Assembly (NCBI GenBank): GCA_964642065.1
Contig: CAZXNG010000002.1
Span: 1-25,346 of the forward strand
Length of the DNA: 25,346 nt
Direction: 5' to 3'
Source: an uncultured Halobacteriales archaeon
GTDB taxonomy: Archaea > Halobacteriota > Halobacteria > Halobacteriales > Halorutilaceae
The notes below the pieces were generated by a model, which was not told the DNA's origin, did not search any database, and saw only the letters and a program-made list of their open reading frames with translations. The first letter of the stretch is position 1. Every line of letters starts with the position of its first letter. Positions 14,705-23,471 of the stretch are shown here, in pieces. A program made the translations under genes and the position numbers.

Positions 14705-15175
14705 ATGACGCTGCCGGCATCACCGACCGCGCTGGAGCCCGCTGCACAGCTCTCGCTAGTCGCCGCCGGCGCGTTCTTCCTAACGGGGCTGCTGACCGGC
14801 GTCTGGAAGTACCGGTGGATAATGGCGACGGAGGAGGCGGAAGCACCCTACTACGTCAACACTGCCCACCGGGCTTCGCTGCTGTACTCGTTCGCCGCCG
14901 TCCTCCTGATGCAGTTCTCCGTCTACAGCACGTGGAGCGACCTCGTCGACCTCGCGGCCGTGGCCGTGCTCGTGTTCTTCTTCGCAGCCGCGATAACCTC
15001 TTACGTCGTCCACGGCGTCCTGCAGGACACCGACAACCAGTTCCGCGAACCCTACGTGCTCTGGCGATGGACCCTACCCGAACCCGTCGTCAGAGCCGCG
15101 ATGTGGCTGCTGATAATCGGCGAAGTCGGCGGGTTCCTCGTGCTGTTCACCGGGGTGCTCGTGCAGTTCGTATAG
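14705..15175 (+). CDS. Four-helix integral membrane protein with two conserved-looking His residues, uncharacterised family
   Basis: Four hydrophobic segments. The motifs GLLTGVWKY, AH55RASLLYSFA, H103G...DTDNQF and GEVGGF resemble a family I recall mainly from Proteobacteria and Actinobacteria. Starts 7 nt after the recombinase stop. Confidence 0.8.
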   Translation: MTLPASPTALEPAAQLSLVAAGAFFLTGLLTGVWKYRWIMATEEAEAPYYVNTAHRASLLYSFAAVLLMQFSVYSTWSDLVDLAAVAVLVFFFAAAITSYVVHGVLQDTDNQFREPYVLWRWTLPEPVVRAAMWLLIIGEVGGFLVLFTGVLVQFV

Positions 15176-15258
15176 ATAGACTGAATCTCTTGTGGGATGC
15201 GAGCGAAGGCGGACATCCCTCCTCCACCCACCCCCCCCCCAAGTTCGGACGGAGTGGA

Positions 15259-15333
15259 TGGGCCCAGTCGGATTTGAACCGACGACCACTCGGTTATGAG
15301 CCGAGCGCTCTAACCAGTCTGAGCTATGGGCCC
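15259..15333 (-). tRNA. tRNA-Ile2 (anticodon CAT, agmatidine-modified, reads AUA)
   Basis: Reverse complement: GGGCCCA TA GCTC AGACTGGTTA GAGC G CTCGG CTCATAA CCGAG TGGTC GTCGG TTCAAAT CCGAC TGGGCCC A. The GGGCCC acceptor and CTCGG-CTCATAA-CCG arm match haloarchaeal tRNA-Ile2 rather than initiator or elongator Met. Confidence 0.9.
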
Positions 15334-15359
15334 GCGTCCCGGTCTTTACGGCGAGACGG

Positions 15360-15365
15360 AATAAA
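15360..15365 (-). promoter_or_regulatory. Putative TATA box for tRNA-Ile2
   Basis: TTTATT on the minus strand 27-32 nt upstream of the tRNA 5' end. Confidence 0.55.
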
Positions 15366-15371
15366 GTCTTT

Positions 15372-15845
15372 CTAATCCCCGAGCTTCTGCCTGACGTAAC
15401 GTCTCTGTTCCTCGGGGAGGTCGGCTTCAAGCAGCTTCCGCAGACCCTCCTCGTAGCGCGGGTCGTCGCTGGGTCGCCCCATCACGACCTCGTCTCGGGG
15501 GCCGGTGTCTCCGCTGTATCCGAAGCCGGCGCGGTGGACGGCCTCGTATGCGTAGGGGTTGTTGACGGATATCCTGACGGCGGGGTAGTCGTCGAGAAGT
15601 CGGTCGCTGGCTCGTTCGACGAGCTCGGCTGCGACGCCCTCCTGCTGTCGGTCGTCGCGGACGGAGAGGTACCGAATGCGGGCGGCGTCGCTGCCTCTTT
15701 CCTCGTCGTACGACAGCACGGCGACGATGTCGCCGTCGCACTCGCGAGCGACCACCTTCTTCGTCGGCAGCCGGAACTTGCCTGCGTAGCTGAACTCCTC
15801 GTGGTCCAGCATGAGACGCTTGGAGCCAATGAACTCGACGTTCAA
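15372..15845 (-). CDS. GNAT-family N-acetyltransferase (haloarchaeal type)
   Basis: TTG start. RIRYLSVRDDRQQEGVA (motif A-like), NNPYAYEAVHRAGF and an N-terminal FSYAGKF. Confidence 0.8.
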   Translation of the reverse strand: MNVEFIGSKRLMLDHEEFSYAGKFRLPTKKVVARECDGDIVAVLSYDEERGSDAARIRYLSVRDDRQQEGVAAELVERASDRLLDDYPAVRISVNNPYAYEAVHRAGFGYSGDTGPRDEVVMGRPSDDPRYEEGLRKLLEADLPEEQRRYVRQKLGD

Positions 15846-15927
15846 CGAATCCCCTAGACGTCGAGCGGAGATAAGGATGATGCCTGTCAGACCGGTGTGA
15901 AACGTGCGAACGCGGTGTGGATACGGG

Positions 15928-17427
15928 CTACTCGCCGCCGAACATCTTCCGCATCATCGGATGCATCTCCATCATCTGCTCCTCCGCTATCTCCTCGTAC
16001 AGCTTGTAGGTGATGGAGACCGCGAGCAGCAGTCCCATGCCGTCGACCCCTCCGATGGTGCCGAGGAGGTTCGCCGTCGCCGCCAGCACGCCGAGCAGGA
16101 TGCCGCTCATCACGGTAATCTGCGGGATGTACCGCTCCATCACCTTCTCGATGACGCCGGGGTTCCGTCGGAAGCCCGGTATCTGCATGCCGCTGCGCTG
16201 TATCTGGCGGGCGACGCTCTCCGGCCCCATGTCCGCGCTCTCCACCCAGAACACCGCGAACACCGCGCCGCCGACGCAGAGGAACGCGAGGTCGACGCCC
16301 ATCCTGATGAGCACCTGGTATACGTCCTGGCTGGGGCCGATGGGCAGCCACCACATCCAGTCCTGCGGACGGTATATCGGGGTGAAGTAGTACATCAGGC
16401 CTCCAGTGGCGACGCCGGACTGTGGGTCGTAGACCGCGAACCAGCTGTAGTCGAAGCCCTGGCTGTAGAGGACCTGGCCCATCATCTGGAGGTTCGCCTG
16501 GATGGCGCGGACGAATATCAGCGGGAGGACGCTGGCGTAGATGAGCTTCACGGGGTAGCGTCCGCGAGCGCCCTTCACGCGGGCGTGCGACAGCGGTATC
16601 TCGACGCGAACGCTTTCGGCGTAGACGACCATCGCGAACACCAGCAGAGTGGTGAAGACGAACAGGAACTGGCCTCCGTAGGTCATGAGGAACCAGAGCC
16701 CGTCCCAGCTCGCCACCGCGAAGTCCGTGCCCAGAGGCGACTCCTGCGTGAAGAATATCGTGTACCACCGGAATATCAGGCCGACGGGGAGGTCGTATCC
16801 GAGCAGCTGTACCGCGGGGTCGGTGGGGTCGACGTGCCAGTCGAACACCCCGCCGACGAGCTGCTGGCTGACGCCGGCGACGATGAACAGGCCGACGCCG
16901 CTGCCGACGCCCCACTTCGAGATTATCTCGTCGAGGTAGAGGATGAGCACTCCGCCGAGAGCTACCTGCAGGAAGACTATCCACGCCATCGCGGTCGGAG
17001 AGATGCCCATGTCGGCACGTGGTGCGAGGAAGCCCGTCGCCACCATCGGTGCGGCGGTCAGCATCGACATCACGACGACGAGCGCCTTCTGGCTGCCCTG
17101 GTAGAGAGCCTGACCGCGGGGTTCCTCGGTGTTGAACGGCAATAGGTCTGCGCCGTCGAGCAGCTGGAGCACGATGGACGCCGTGACGATAGGACCGATG
17201 CCGAGGTGGAGTATCGACCCCTGCTGGCCCGCGAGCACCGAGCGGAACTGGCCGAACAGGTCGCCCTGGACGTCCACCCCGAAAATGGTGACGTTCGTGA
17301 GAGCGAAGTACAGCACCAGTATACCCAGCGTCCACGTCAGCTTCGTCTTGAAGGGAACGTGTTTCGCCGGACGCGTTACCGATGGCATCCGGACAATGTA
17401 AGGCTCCAGTATGTCTACGATACCCAT
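15928..17427 (-). CDS. secY: Preprotein translocase subunit SecY
   Basis: LGIGPIVTASIVLQLL, KWGVGSGVGLFIVAG, RYPVKLIYASVLP, GMQIPGFRR and GLLLAVSITYKLYEEI. Follows L15. Confidence 0.99.
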   Translation of the reverse strand: MGIVDILEPYIVRMPSVTRPAKHVPFKTKLTWTLGILVLYFALTNVTIFGVDVQGDLFGQFRSVLAGQQGSILHLGIGPIVTASIVLQLLDGADLLPFNTEEPRGQALYQGSQKALVVVMSMLTAAPMVATGFLAPRADMGISPTAMAWIVFLQVALGGVLILYLDEIISKWGVGSGVGLFIVAGVSQQLVGGVFDWHVDPTDPAVQLLGYDLPVGLIFRWYTIFFTQESPLGTDFAVASWDGLWFLMTYGGQFLFVFTTLLVFAMVVYAESVRVEIPLSHARVKGARGRYPVKLIYASVLPLIFVRAIQANLQMMGQVLYSQGFDYSWFAVYDPQSGVATGGLMYYFTPIYRPQDWMWWLPIGPSQDVYQVLIRMGVDLAFLCVGGAVFAVFWVESADMGPESVARQIQRSGMQIPGFRRNPGVIEKVMERYIPQITVMSGILLGVLAATANLLGTIGGVDGMGLLLAVSITYKLYEEIAEEQMMEMHPMMRKMFGGE

Positions 17428-17453
17428 CGTGCCCTACCTCTGTTACCTCGTTC

Positions 17454-17472
17454 TAAAGTCTTTTTGAAAGAC
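17454..17472 (-). promoter_or_regulatory. Candidate internal secY promoter (BRE+TATA) overlapped by a 6-3-6 palindrome
   Basis: The minus strand reads CAAAAAGA-CTTTAG 27-40 nt upstream of the secY ATG. GTCTTT-TTG-AAAGAC at 17458-17472 is an inverted repeat. Confidence 0.5.
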
Positions 17473-17488
17473 CCGTACCTCGAAGCCG

Positions 17489-17953
17489 TCACTCCCCGTC
17501 TTCGGCTTCTTCCGACGGCTCCTCGTCGTCTTCCTCGGCGGTGACGACGACCTCGCCGCCCGCCTCCTCTATCTTCTCGACCGCGCTGTCGCTGAAGTCG
17601 TCGGCGTACACCGTGAGGGTGTTCCGTACCTGTCCGCCGCCGAGGACCTTGTCGACACCGAGGTCCTCCGCGTCTATCTCGTAGCCGTCGCCGCTCTCCT
17701 CCGCGACTCCGTCCTCGACGAGGCCGCGTACCCCGCGGTCAATGTCGCCGACGTTGACGGTCTCCGTCTCCTCGACGACCTTCTGCGGACGTTTGAAGCC
17801 GTGCTTGCCGAGCGGCGGGTGCTCGCGCGACTCGTGCTTCTTCCTGCCGGCGTCTCCGCGTCCGCCGCGGTTGCCCGCGCCTCGTCGTTTCTTCTGCGAG
17901 CCGCCTCCGTGCGTCCGCGAGCCTCTGCCTCGTTTCTTGCTGTCTCGTGCCAT
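17489..17953 (-). CDS. rpl15: 50S ribosomal protein uL15
   Basis: [32 protein letters not shown] and KVLGGG; operon position. Confidence 0.97.
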   Translation of the reverse strand: MARDSKKRGRGSRTHGGGSQKKRRGAGNRGGRGDAGRKKHESREHPPLGKHGFKRPQKVVEETETVNVGDIDRGVRGLVEDGVAEESGDGYEIDAEDLGVDKVLGGGQVRNTLTVYADDFSDSAVEKIEEAGGEVVVTAEEDDEEPSEEAEDGE

Positions 17954-18417
17954 CAGTGCATCCTCCTGAGGAGTTCGTCTAGGTCGTCGCCGTGGTATCC
18001 GAGCACGCCGCCCTCGCTCGCCGCCTTCTTCACCCCGTCGTGTCCCTTGCGGGGGGGATGGAGACGGATGGTCGGCGACAGACCGGCGTCGCGGAGCGTG
18101 GTCTCTCCGTCGACCAATGCCTCCGCGAGCGCGTCTACGTCGCCGTACTCGGATTTCTCGGCGACGTAGTCGTCGTCCACGGGTTCACCCTCCGGCGTTT
18201 CGCCCCTCTCCCTGAGGAGGAGGGCGACGGTATCGCTGTCGGGTTCGCCGTAGGCGACGTAGTCGTTCACCTTGAACACCATGCCTCTGTAGCTGTCTTC
18301 GTCGGGGACGATGGTGAAGTGGTTGACCGAGCCGAGGTTGAGCATGTCGAGGGTGTCGCGAACCTCGCCGCTCTGGTTGACCTCGCCTCGCACCTGCAGT
18401 ACTCCGTACGCGCTCAT
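17953..18417 (-). CDS. rpl30: 50S ribosomal protein uL30 (archaeal long form)
   Basis: Internal ATG 18417 of the long track ORF gives [13 protein letters not shown]...TLDMLNL...[17 protein letters not shown]...RLHPPRKG. Confidence 0.96.
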   Translation of the reverse strand: MSAYGVLQVRGEVNQSGEVRDTLDMLNLGSVNHFTIVPDEDSYRGMVFKVNDYVAYGEPDSDTVALLLRERGETPEGEPVDDDYVAEKSEYGDVDALAEALVDGETTLRDAGLSPTIRLHPPRKGHDGVKKAASEGGVLGYHGDDLDELLRRMH

Positions 18418-19067
18418 CACTCGATCACCTCCCGCCGCCTGTCGGCGTGAGCGGGGACGCGCGCCTCCGCGGTCTCCAGCAGGGCGTCGACGGTGGCCTT
18501 GCCGAAGTTCACGGTGGTGCGGGTCTGGCCGCTGGACCGCGTCCAGACGTCCTCGATGCCCGCGAGCTCGAGCACGTGGCGCGCTGTCTCTCCGCACGCG
18601 AGCCCGAGCCCGCGTGGCGCGGGGATGAGCTCGACGTCGACGCTGCCTGCCTTGCCCTGCGTCTTCAGCGCGACGGTGTGGGGTCGGCCGCAGCCGCACT
18701 CCCAGCTGCCGCATCCGCGCGAAACCTTGAATATGTTGAGCTTGGCGACGTCGATGGCGTTCCGGATGCCTGCGCCGACCTGGTCGGCCTTCGCCTCGGC
18801 GTAGCCGATGTAGCCGTCGTGGTTGCCGACGACGACACTGCACCGGAACTTCACCCTGCGGCCGCTGTCGGTCATCCGCTGCACCATGTTGATGTCGAGG
18901 ACCTCGTCGTCCATGCCGGGCAGGAGGGTGTCGACGACCTCGGCCTCCTTCAGCGGGAGGCCGCTGGCGAGCGCCTCGTCCATCGAGGTTATCTCGCCCT
19001 CCTGCACCTCTCTGCCGAGACGGGTCTTCGGCACCCAGTCGTCGTGGTCTCCCTGGCTCTGGCTCAT
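18417..19067 (-). CDS. rps5: 30S ribosomal protein uS5
   Basis: [36 protein letters not shown] and PAPRGLGL. Confidence 0.98.
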   Translation of the reverse strand: MSQSQGDHDDWVPKTRLGREVQEGEITSMDEALASGLPLKEAEVVDTLLPGMDDEVLDINMVQRMTDSGRRVKFRCSVVVGNHDGYIGYAEAKADQVGAGIRNAIDVAKLNIFKVSRGCGSWECGCGRPHTVALKTQGKAGSVDVELIPAPRGLGLACGETARHVLELAGIEDVWTRSSGQTRTTVNFGKATVDALLETAEARVPAHADRRREVIE

Positions 19068-19600
19068 GCTTCACCCTCCAGTTCCTCGAGGACGTCGTCG
19101 AACATCTCCGGCACGTCGGAGGTGTCGACGTCGCGTCCCTCGTACTCGACGCCTTCGGCGATGTGTTCGCCTCGGACCCGTTCCCACTCCGGCATGACAT
19201 CGTCGCCGTGCGGGACCTCCAGCCCGGCGTCGACGGCGCCCTTGAGGGCGGCGAAGACCCGGTTCTGCGGGGTCACGTGGTTGAGGCCGACGTCGAGCAC
19301 GGCTTCGTCGTGGTGCTCGAGCGCGCGTTCGCCGGCGATATGTCCGGCGAGGTACGCCGCCGGCAGGTTGCCGGTCGGTGCCTCCCAGCCGTACTCCTCT
19401 AGCTCGCCGGTGTGCGCGTGCGCCAGTGTCTCGTCGCCCTGGTCGCCCTGCACCACGAGCTGCACCTGCGTGTTGCTGTTGCTCTTCCTCACTACGAGTC
19501 GTGGTTTACCGCTCTTCAGCAGGGCGAGCCGCTGGCCGTAGTCGGTGCGGCCCTCCTGCCTTCGTTTGAATGGTACCTTGTATGTTGCTCCACTGGACAT
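19064..19600 (-). CDS. rpl18: 50S ribosomal protein uL18
   Basis: [32 protein letters not shown] and NLPAAYLAG. Confidence 0.97.
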   Translation of the reverse strand: MSSGATYKVPFKRRQEGRTDYGQRLALLKSGKPRLVVRKSNSNTQVQLVVQGDQGDETLAHAHTGELEEYGWEAPTGNLPAAYLAGHIAGERALEHHDEAVLDVGLNHVTPQNRVFAALKGAVDAGLEVPHGDDVMPEWERVRGEHIAEGVEYEGRDVDTSDVPEMFDDVLEELEGEA

Positions 19601-19602
19601 CT

Positions 19603-20055
19603 CTAGTCACCTCCTCCTGTCTCGCCCTCGACGTGGTTCCGGAGGTACCGTACGCTCCTGAACTCCCCGCCTTTCGCGCGGTCGTAGAGGTCGCGGTACT
19701 CGCTGGGCGTTATCTCGCCCTCCTCCCGCATCTCCTTGAGCGCGCGTCTCTGGGCCCGTATGTCGTCCTTCCACTCGTCCTTCGAGTCGCTGCGTGCGCC
19801 GGCCTTGCCCTTCCGCGTGCCCGGCCCCTTCTGGTGGCCGTAGCTGCGTTTCTCGTCGCGCTCCCGCGCCCGCGACCGGCTGACGCCTTGCTTCTCCTTC
19901 TCCCGGATGAGGCCGACGTTCACCATCTCCCGGACGTCTTCCCGGGTGATGGCCTCGGCGATCTCGCCCTGTGCGTCGGGGTCTATCCAGACGCGGCTCT
20001 CGCCGCAGCCGATGATGTCGGCCGCCATCCGCTTCTGGCTCTTCAGGTCGGTCAT
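19603..20055 (-). CDS. rpl19e: 50S ribosomal protein eL19
   Basis: ATG 20055 gives MTDLKSQKRMAADIIGCGESRVWIDP...AITREDVR...GPGTRKGKAGAR...YRDLYDRAKGGEF. Confidence 0.97.
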   Translation of the reverse strand: MTDLKSQKRMAADIIGCGESRVWIDPDAQGEIAEAITREDVREMVNVGLIREKEKQGVSRSRARERDEKRSYGHQKGPGTRKGKAGARSDSKDEWKDDIRAQRRALKEMREEGEITPSEYRDLYDRAKGGEFRSVRYLRNHVEGETGGGD

Positions 20056-20768
20056 GCTTCCTCCACCTCCGAGGCAGCTACCTCGTCCTCGCCGACGTGC
20101 GTCGGGTTGAGGACGCGTATCTCCTCCTCCAGCGCCTTCTCCTCGATGCGCTCCCTCTTGCGTCCGCCGACGGAGCCGCCGATGCGGACCGCCTGCTTCG
20201 AGGGGTCGACATCGTCGAGCTCCTCCGGCCGGTGCACGAGCACCTCCTCGAATCCACTGGGGTGGAGGCCCCGCGCTGCCTTCGGCGAGCCGTGTGCGGC
20301 GCTGGCGCGCGCTCCCTTGCCCTTGACGCCCTTCCGGCGTCGGCTGTGGCTGCCGAGCGGCCGCCTCCACGACGTCGGCACGCGTTTCTTCTTGTGGTGG
20401 TCCTGCCTGAGGAAGCTCGGCGTAGCTGCCTTCCGGCGCTTCCTCTTCGCGAGCGCGTCCGCGGTCTCGTCGTCGAGCTCCGGCGACTTGTCGCTGAGCG
20501 GAGCCGCCGTGATGACCTCGGTGGCCTCTTCCTCCTCGGCTTCCTCCTCTATCTCCTCGACCTCGACGTCCTCCTCGACCTCGAGGCCTCCGACGTCCGC
20601 CTTGATGCGGGCGGCGAGCGCCTTGCCGACGCCGTCCGCCTCCGACAGCTCGTCCTGACTCGCGGCCTTGAGCTTCGCGACAGAGTCGAAGCCGGCTTCC
20701 TCCAGCGCCTCGGCCTTCGACGCTCCGACGCCGTCGACGTCCGTGAGCTCCTGTGGTTCGTCGCTCAT
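20052..20768 (-). CDS. rpl32e: 50S ribosomal protein eL32 with the haloarchaeal N-terminal HhH extension
   Basis: C-terminal FLRQDHHKKKRVPTSWRRPLG and GLHPSGFEEVLV; N-terminal LTDVDGVGASKA and GVGKALA helix-hairpin-helix repeats. Confidence 0.96.
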   Translation of the reverse strand: MSDEPQELTDVDGVGASKAEALEEAGFDSVAKLKAASQDELSEADGVGKALAARIKADVGGLEVEEDVEVEEIEEEAEEEEATEVITAAPLSDKSPELDDETADALAKRKRRKAATPSFLRQDHHKKKRVPTSWRRPLGSHSRRRKGVKGKGARASAAHGSPKAARGLHPSGFEEVLVHRPEELDDVDPSKQAVRIGGSVGGRKRERIEEKALEEEIRVLNPTHVGEDEVAASEVEEA

Positions 20769-20771
20769 CTT

Positions 20772-21308
20772 CTACACCTCCATCCCGGGCTTCCGGGTTA
20801 TGTAGATGCCGTCCTGGAAGACGCGGACGTCCTTGTCGTTCTCGTAGGTCAGCCGCTCTATGTTCGCGGCGGTCTGACCGACGTCGTCCTTGTCGGGTCC
20901 GCGCAGCGTTATCTCTTCCTCGGAGACCTCGACCTCGGTGTCGCCGAGTATCTCCGCACGTCGGGGGTGTTTCTCCCCGAGGAAGTTCCGTACCTCTACC
21001 TCGTCGCCCTTCACCTCGACCTGCATGGGGAAGTGGCTGTACAGGACCTTCATCCCGTACTCGAACCCGTCCTGGACGCCTTCGAAGGCGTTCTCGACGT
21101 GGCTCTCGAAGGTCCCCACCGTGGCCATGAGGTCGCGGCGGTCGTCCGCCGCGGTGATGACGACGCTGTCGTCTTCGACGTCGACCGTGACCCTGGGGTG
21201 GCTGAGCTTGCGCTCCACCACTCCCCCGGGGCCGTCGAACTCCAGCGTGTCGCCGTCTACGGTGACGGTGACGTCGTCGGGTATCTCTATCTCTGTTGTG
21301 GTCTTCAT
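20772..21308 (-). CDS. rpl6: 50S ribosomal protein uL6
   Basis: EIEIPDDVTV, YSHFPMQV, NFLGEK and DVRVFQDGIYI. Confidence 0.97.
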   Translation of the reverse strand: MKTTTEIEIPDDVTVTVDGDTLEFDGPGGVVERKLSHPRVTVDVEDDSVVITAADDRRDLMATVGTFESHVENAFEGVQDGFEYGMKVLYSHFPMQVEVKGDEVEVRNFLGEKHPRRAEILGDTEVEVSEEEITLRGPDKDDVGQTAANIERLTYENDKDVRVFQDGIYITRKPGMEV

Positions 21309-21320
21309 CTTCTGTTCACC

Positions 21321-21713
21321 TCAGTAGACGTACGCGAGCACCTGGCCGCCCACGCCCTCCGAACGTGCGTCGTAGTGCGTCATGACGCCGTGGCTCGTCG
21401 TCACTATCAGGGTGCCGAAGTCACGTCCCGGCAGGAACCGTTTCTCCCACTTCTCGTACTCGTCCTTCTTCGCGCTGTAACGTGGCTTCACGGGGCCGCA
21501 GTCGTTGATCTGGCCCGCGAGCTCCACGTCGTACTTGCCTGCTTTGCCGTCCTCGACGTAGCTGTACTCCTCGATGTATCCCTGGTCGTGCAGCACCTCG
21601 AGCACGTTGCCCACCGTGTTCGAGGCGGGCTCTATCGTGCACTCTAGCTTGCCGAGCTGGTCGGCGTTCTTGATGGTCGAGAGCGCGTCGGCGACCGGAT
21701 CTGTGAGTGTCAT
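21321..21713 (-). CDS. rps8: 30S ribosomal protein uS8
   Basis: DPVADALSTIKNA, GQINDCGPVKPRY, WEKRFLP and IVTTSHGVMTH. Confidence 0.98.
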   Translation of the reverse strand: MTLTDPVADALSTIKNADQLGKLECTIEPASNTVGNVLEVLHDQGYIEEYSYVEDGKAGKYDVELAGQINDCGPVKPRYSAKKDEYEKWEKRFLPGRDFGTLIVTTSHGVMTHYDARSEGVGGQVLAYVY

Positions 21714-21725
21714 ATCTAGTTCACC

Positions 21726-21875
21726 TCAGCTGTACTTCTTAGCTCCCATGTCCCGTGCGACCTCGCGGAAGCACTGCCGGCAGAGGTATATCTCGTACCG
21801 GCTGACGAGGCCTTCCTCGCGGCCGCAGCGGTTGCACTCGTGTTCGATGCCGGTCTGGTCGTCTCGCGTCGTCAT
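21726..21875 (-). CDS. rps14: 30S ribosomal protein uS14 (Zn-binding type), 49 aa
   Basis: Not in the ORF track. Manual translation: [49 protein letters not shown]. Its ATG overlaps the L5 stop as ATGA. Confidence 0.96.
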   Translation of the reverse strand: MTTRDDQTGIEHECNRCGREEGLVSRYEIYLCRQCFREVARDMGAKKYS

Positions 21876-22390
21876 GATACATCAACTCCGTAGGTATCCT
21901 CGACGTACTCTGCGGCGTCGTCGGGGGAGAGCCTCTGTTTCTCCGGCAGCTTCCTCGACATCACGCTGCGTCTTTCGACGCGCTTGCCCTTCCTGGCGAG
22001 CGCGACGGTGACGTCCATGCCGTAGATACCTATCTCGGGGTCGTACTCCATCTCCTCGAAGTCCGTGTGCTCCTCGATACCGAACGAGAAGTTCCCGCTG
22101 TCGTCGAACGACGACCTCGGCACCTCCTCGGCGATGTCGAGCGCCTGGTCGAGGAACTCCTCGGCGTCGTCGCCGCGGAGCGTGACCTTGCATCCGATGG
22201 GGTCGCCACGGCGGATGCCGAACTCCGGCAGGCTCTGCTTCGCCTGCGTCCTCACGGTCTCCTGACCGGTTATCTCCTCGACTATCTCCTCGGCGTTCCG
22301 GAGCTCGACTCCGCCTTCGCCCACGCTCATGTGGACGACGACCTTCTCGACGTAGGGCTGCCGCATCTCGTGGACGTCCTCCAGAGTCAT
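21872..22390 (-). CDS. rpl5: 50S ribosomal protein uL5
   Basis: [36 protein letters not shown] and [12 protein letters not shown]. Confidence 0.98.
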   Translation of the reverse strand: MTLEDVHEMRQPYVEKVVVHMSVGEGGVELRNAEEIVEEITGQETVRTQAKQSLPEFGIRRGDPIGCKVTLRGDDAEEFLDQALDIAEEVPRSSFDDSGNFSFGIEEHTDFEEMEYDPEIGIYGMDVTVALARKGKRVERRSVMSRKLPEKQRLSPDDAAEYVEDTYGVDVS

Positions 22391-23100
22391 GCTTCGGCCT
22401 CCTGCTCCTCGAGGCTGCTGACGTCCTCACCGATGACGAAGACGTACTCCTCCACGGTCTCGAACGCCTCGCCGTCCTCGGTCTCTACTTCGACGGTGTT
22501 GTCTCCGCTGCCCTCGTGCACCGTGCGGTCGACGAGCTCTCCGACCTCTCCGCTGTGGCGGCCGTCGACGGCGGTGACGGCGCATCCCTCGGTGAACTCG
22601 AACGAGGTGACGACCTCGCCGGATTCGAGGTCGACGACGACCGAGTCGTTCGTGGAGTACTCGTCTCCGTCGTCGACGACGACGTTGGAGCCGTTGTGGA
22701 GGTTGAGCTGTACGCGGCCGCCGTCGAGGTAGGTCTTGTCCTCGACCCGGGCGAGCTTGTCCTCGGCCGCGTCCTCCTCCACGGGTATCAGGGCGAGCCG
22801 GCCGCCTTCGCCTGGGAAGACGCGGAAGTAGTCGTCGCGGCCGGGGAAGCCGACGATGTCGAACGTCCCCACCGGCGTGCGGGGGTCGACGGCTTCGCCG
22901 TTGACCTCCACGCCTCCGTCGTCGATGGCGTACCTCAGCTCCTTCGCGCTGTCGACGAATCCGAGGACGTCGCGCACGAAGACCAGCAGCGGCACCGCTT
23001 CAGCGTCGTGCGGTCCCGCGTGCGAGCCCACGGTGTAGACCGTGTTCTTCCGGTCGAGAGGCCAGCTCTCGGGTGCGCTGATGCGCTTCTGGTGCGTCAT
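22387..23100 (-). CDS. rps4e: 30S ribosomal protein eS4
   Basis: HQKRISAPESWPLDRK, AGPHD, PLLVFVRDVLG and QLNLHNG. Confidence 0.97.
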   Translation of the reverse strand: MTHQKRISAPESWPLDRKNTVYTVGSHAGPHDAEAVPLLVFVRDVLGFVDSAKELRYAIDDGGVEVNGEAVDPRTPVGTFDIVGFPGRDDYFRVFPGEGGRLALIPVEEDAAEDKLARVEDKTYLDGGRVQLNLHNGSNVVVDDGDEYSTNDSVVVDLESGEVVTSFEFTEGCAVTAVDGRHSGEVGELVDRTVHEGSGDNTVEVETEDGEAFETVEEYVFVIGEDVSSLEEQEAEA

Positions 23101-23471
23101 GCTTCACCTCCCTTCTCCTCTATCCTCTCTACACGTCGTTCGTCCGAGAGGTCGAGCTCCGTCACCCGGAGGTTCGAGGGCTCGATGGGACGCGGCACCT
23201 CTTCGCCGTCGGTCTTCTCGACGACGGCTTCCTCGACGACGACGCGTTCGGTGTCCAGGTCGACGCCGACGACCTCCGCCTCGTGTCCGCGGAAGTCTCC
23301 GCGCATGACCTCGACGGTGTCGCCCTCCGCGACACGGACGCGACGTGTTCCGTACTCCTCCCGCAGCTCGTCGCTGAGCGTGGAGTGCACCTCGTTGTTC
23401 GCCTGATGGAGAGGCGCCTCCGCCGCCGACTTCCTCTGCTTCCGTGGCTGGCTGCTGTCTGTATCGGTCAT
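23097..23471 (-). CDS. rpl24: 50S ribosomal protein uL24
   Basis: ATG 23471 gives SSQPRKQRK...APLHQ...[10 protein letters not shown]...[11 protein letters not shown]...PIEPSNL. Confidence 0.96.
   Translation of the reverse strand: MTDTDSSQPRKQRKSAAEAPLHQANNEVHSTLSDELREEYGTRRVRVAEGDTVEVMRGDFRGHEAEVVGVDLDTERVVVEEAVVEKTDGEEVPRPIEPSNLRVTELDLSDERRVERIEEKGGEA
23104..23111 (-). promoter_or_regulatory. Shine-Dalgarno motif GGAGGTGA upstream of rps4e (similar motifs precede several operon genes, e.g. 23873-23880 before rpl14)
   Basis: GGAGGTGA-AGC-ATG on the minus strand, the archaeal SD consensus. Genes are coupled by ATGA/TGATG overlaps. Confidence 0.7.

Noticed and set aside
15052-15216. Minus-strand ATG at 15216 preceded by GGAGGAGGG, opening a ~54-codon ORF
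   Set aside because: It is antisense to the 4-TM gene and Ser/Thr/Pro-rich with no acidic bias. The SD-like sequence is a by-product of the G-rich tract.
5881-15333. Search for attL/attR duplications of the tRNA-Thr or tRNA-Ile2 3' halves, and for an intact provirus or IS
   Set aside because: By eye I found no second copy of either tRNA end, no transposase, no terminal inverted repeats and no viral structural or replication genes. I therefore did not call a mobile element.
15259-15333. Calling the CAT-anticodon tRNA a tRNA-Met
   Set aside because: It lacks the initiator features (A1-U72, three G-C pairs in the anticodon stem) and closely matches the haloarchaeal tRNA-Ile2 sequence pattern.
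20560-20768. Helix-hairpin-helix extension on ribosomal protein L32e
   Set aside because: A known general feature of haloarchaeal L32e (about 240 aa), so not novel.
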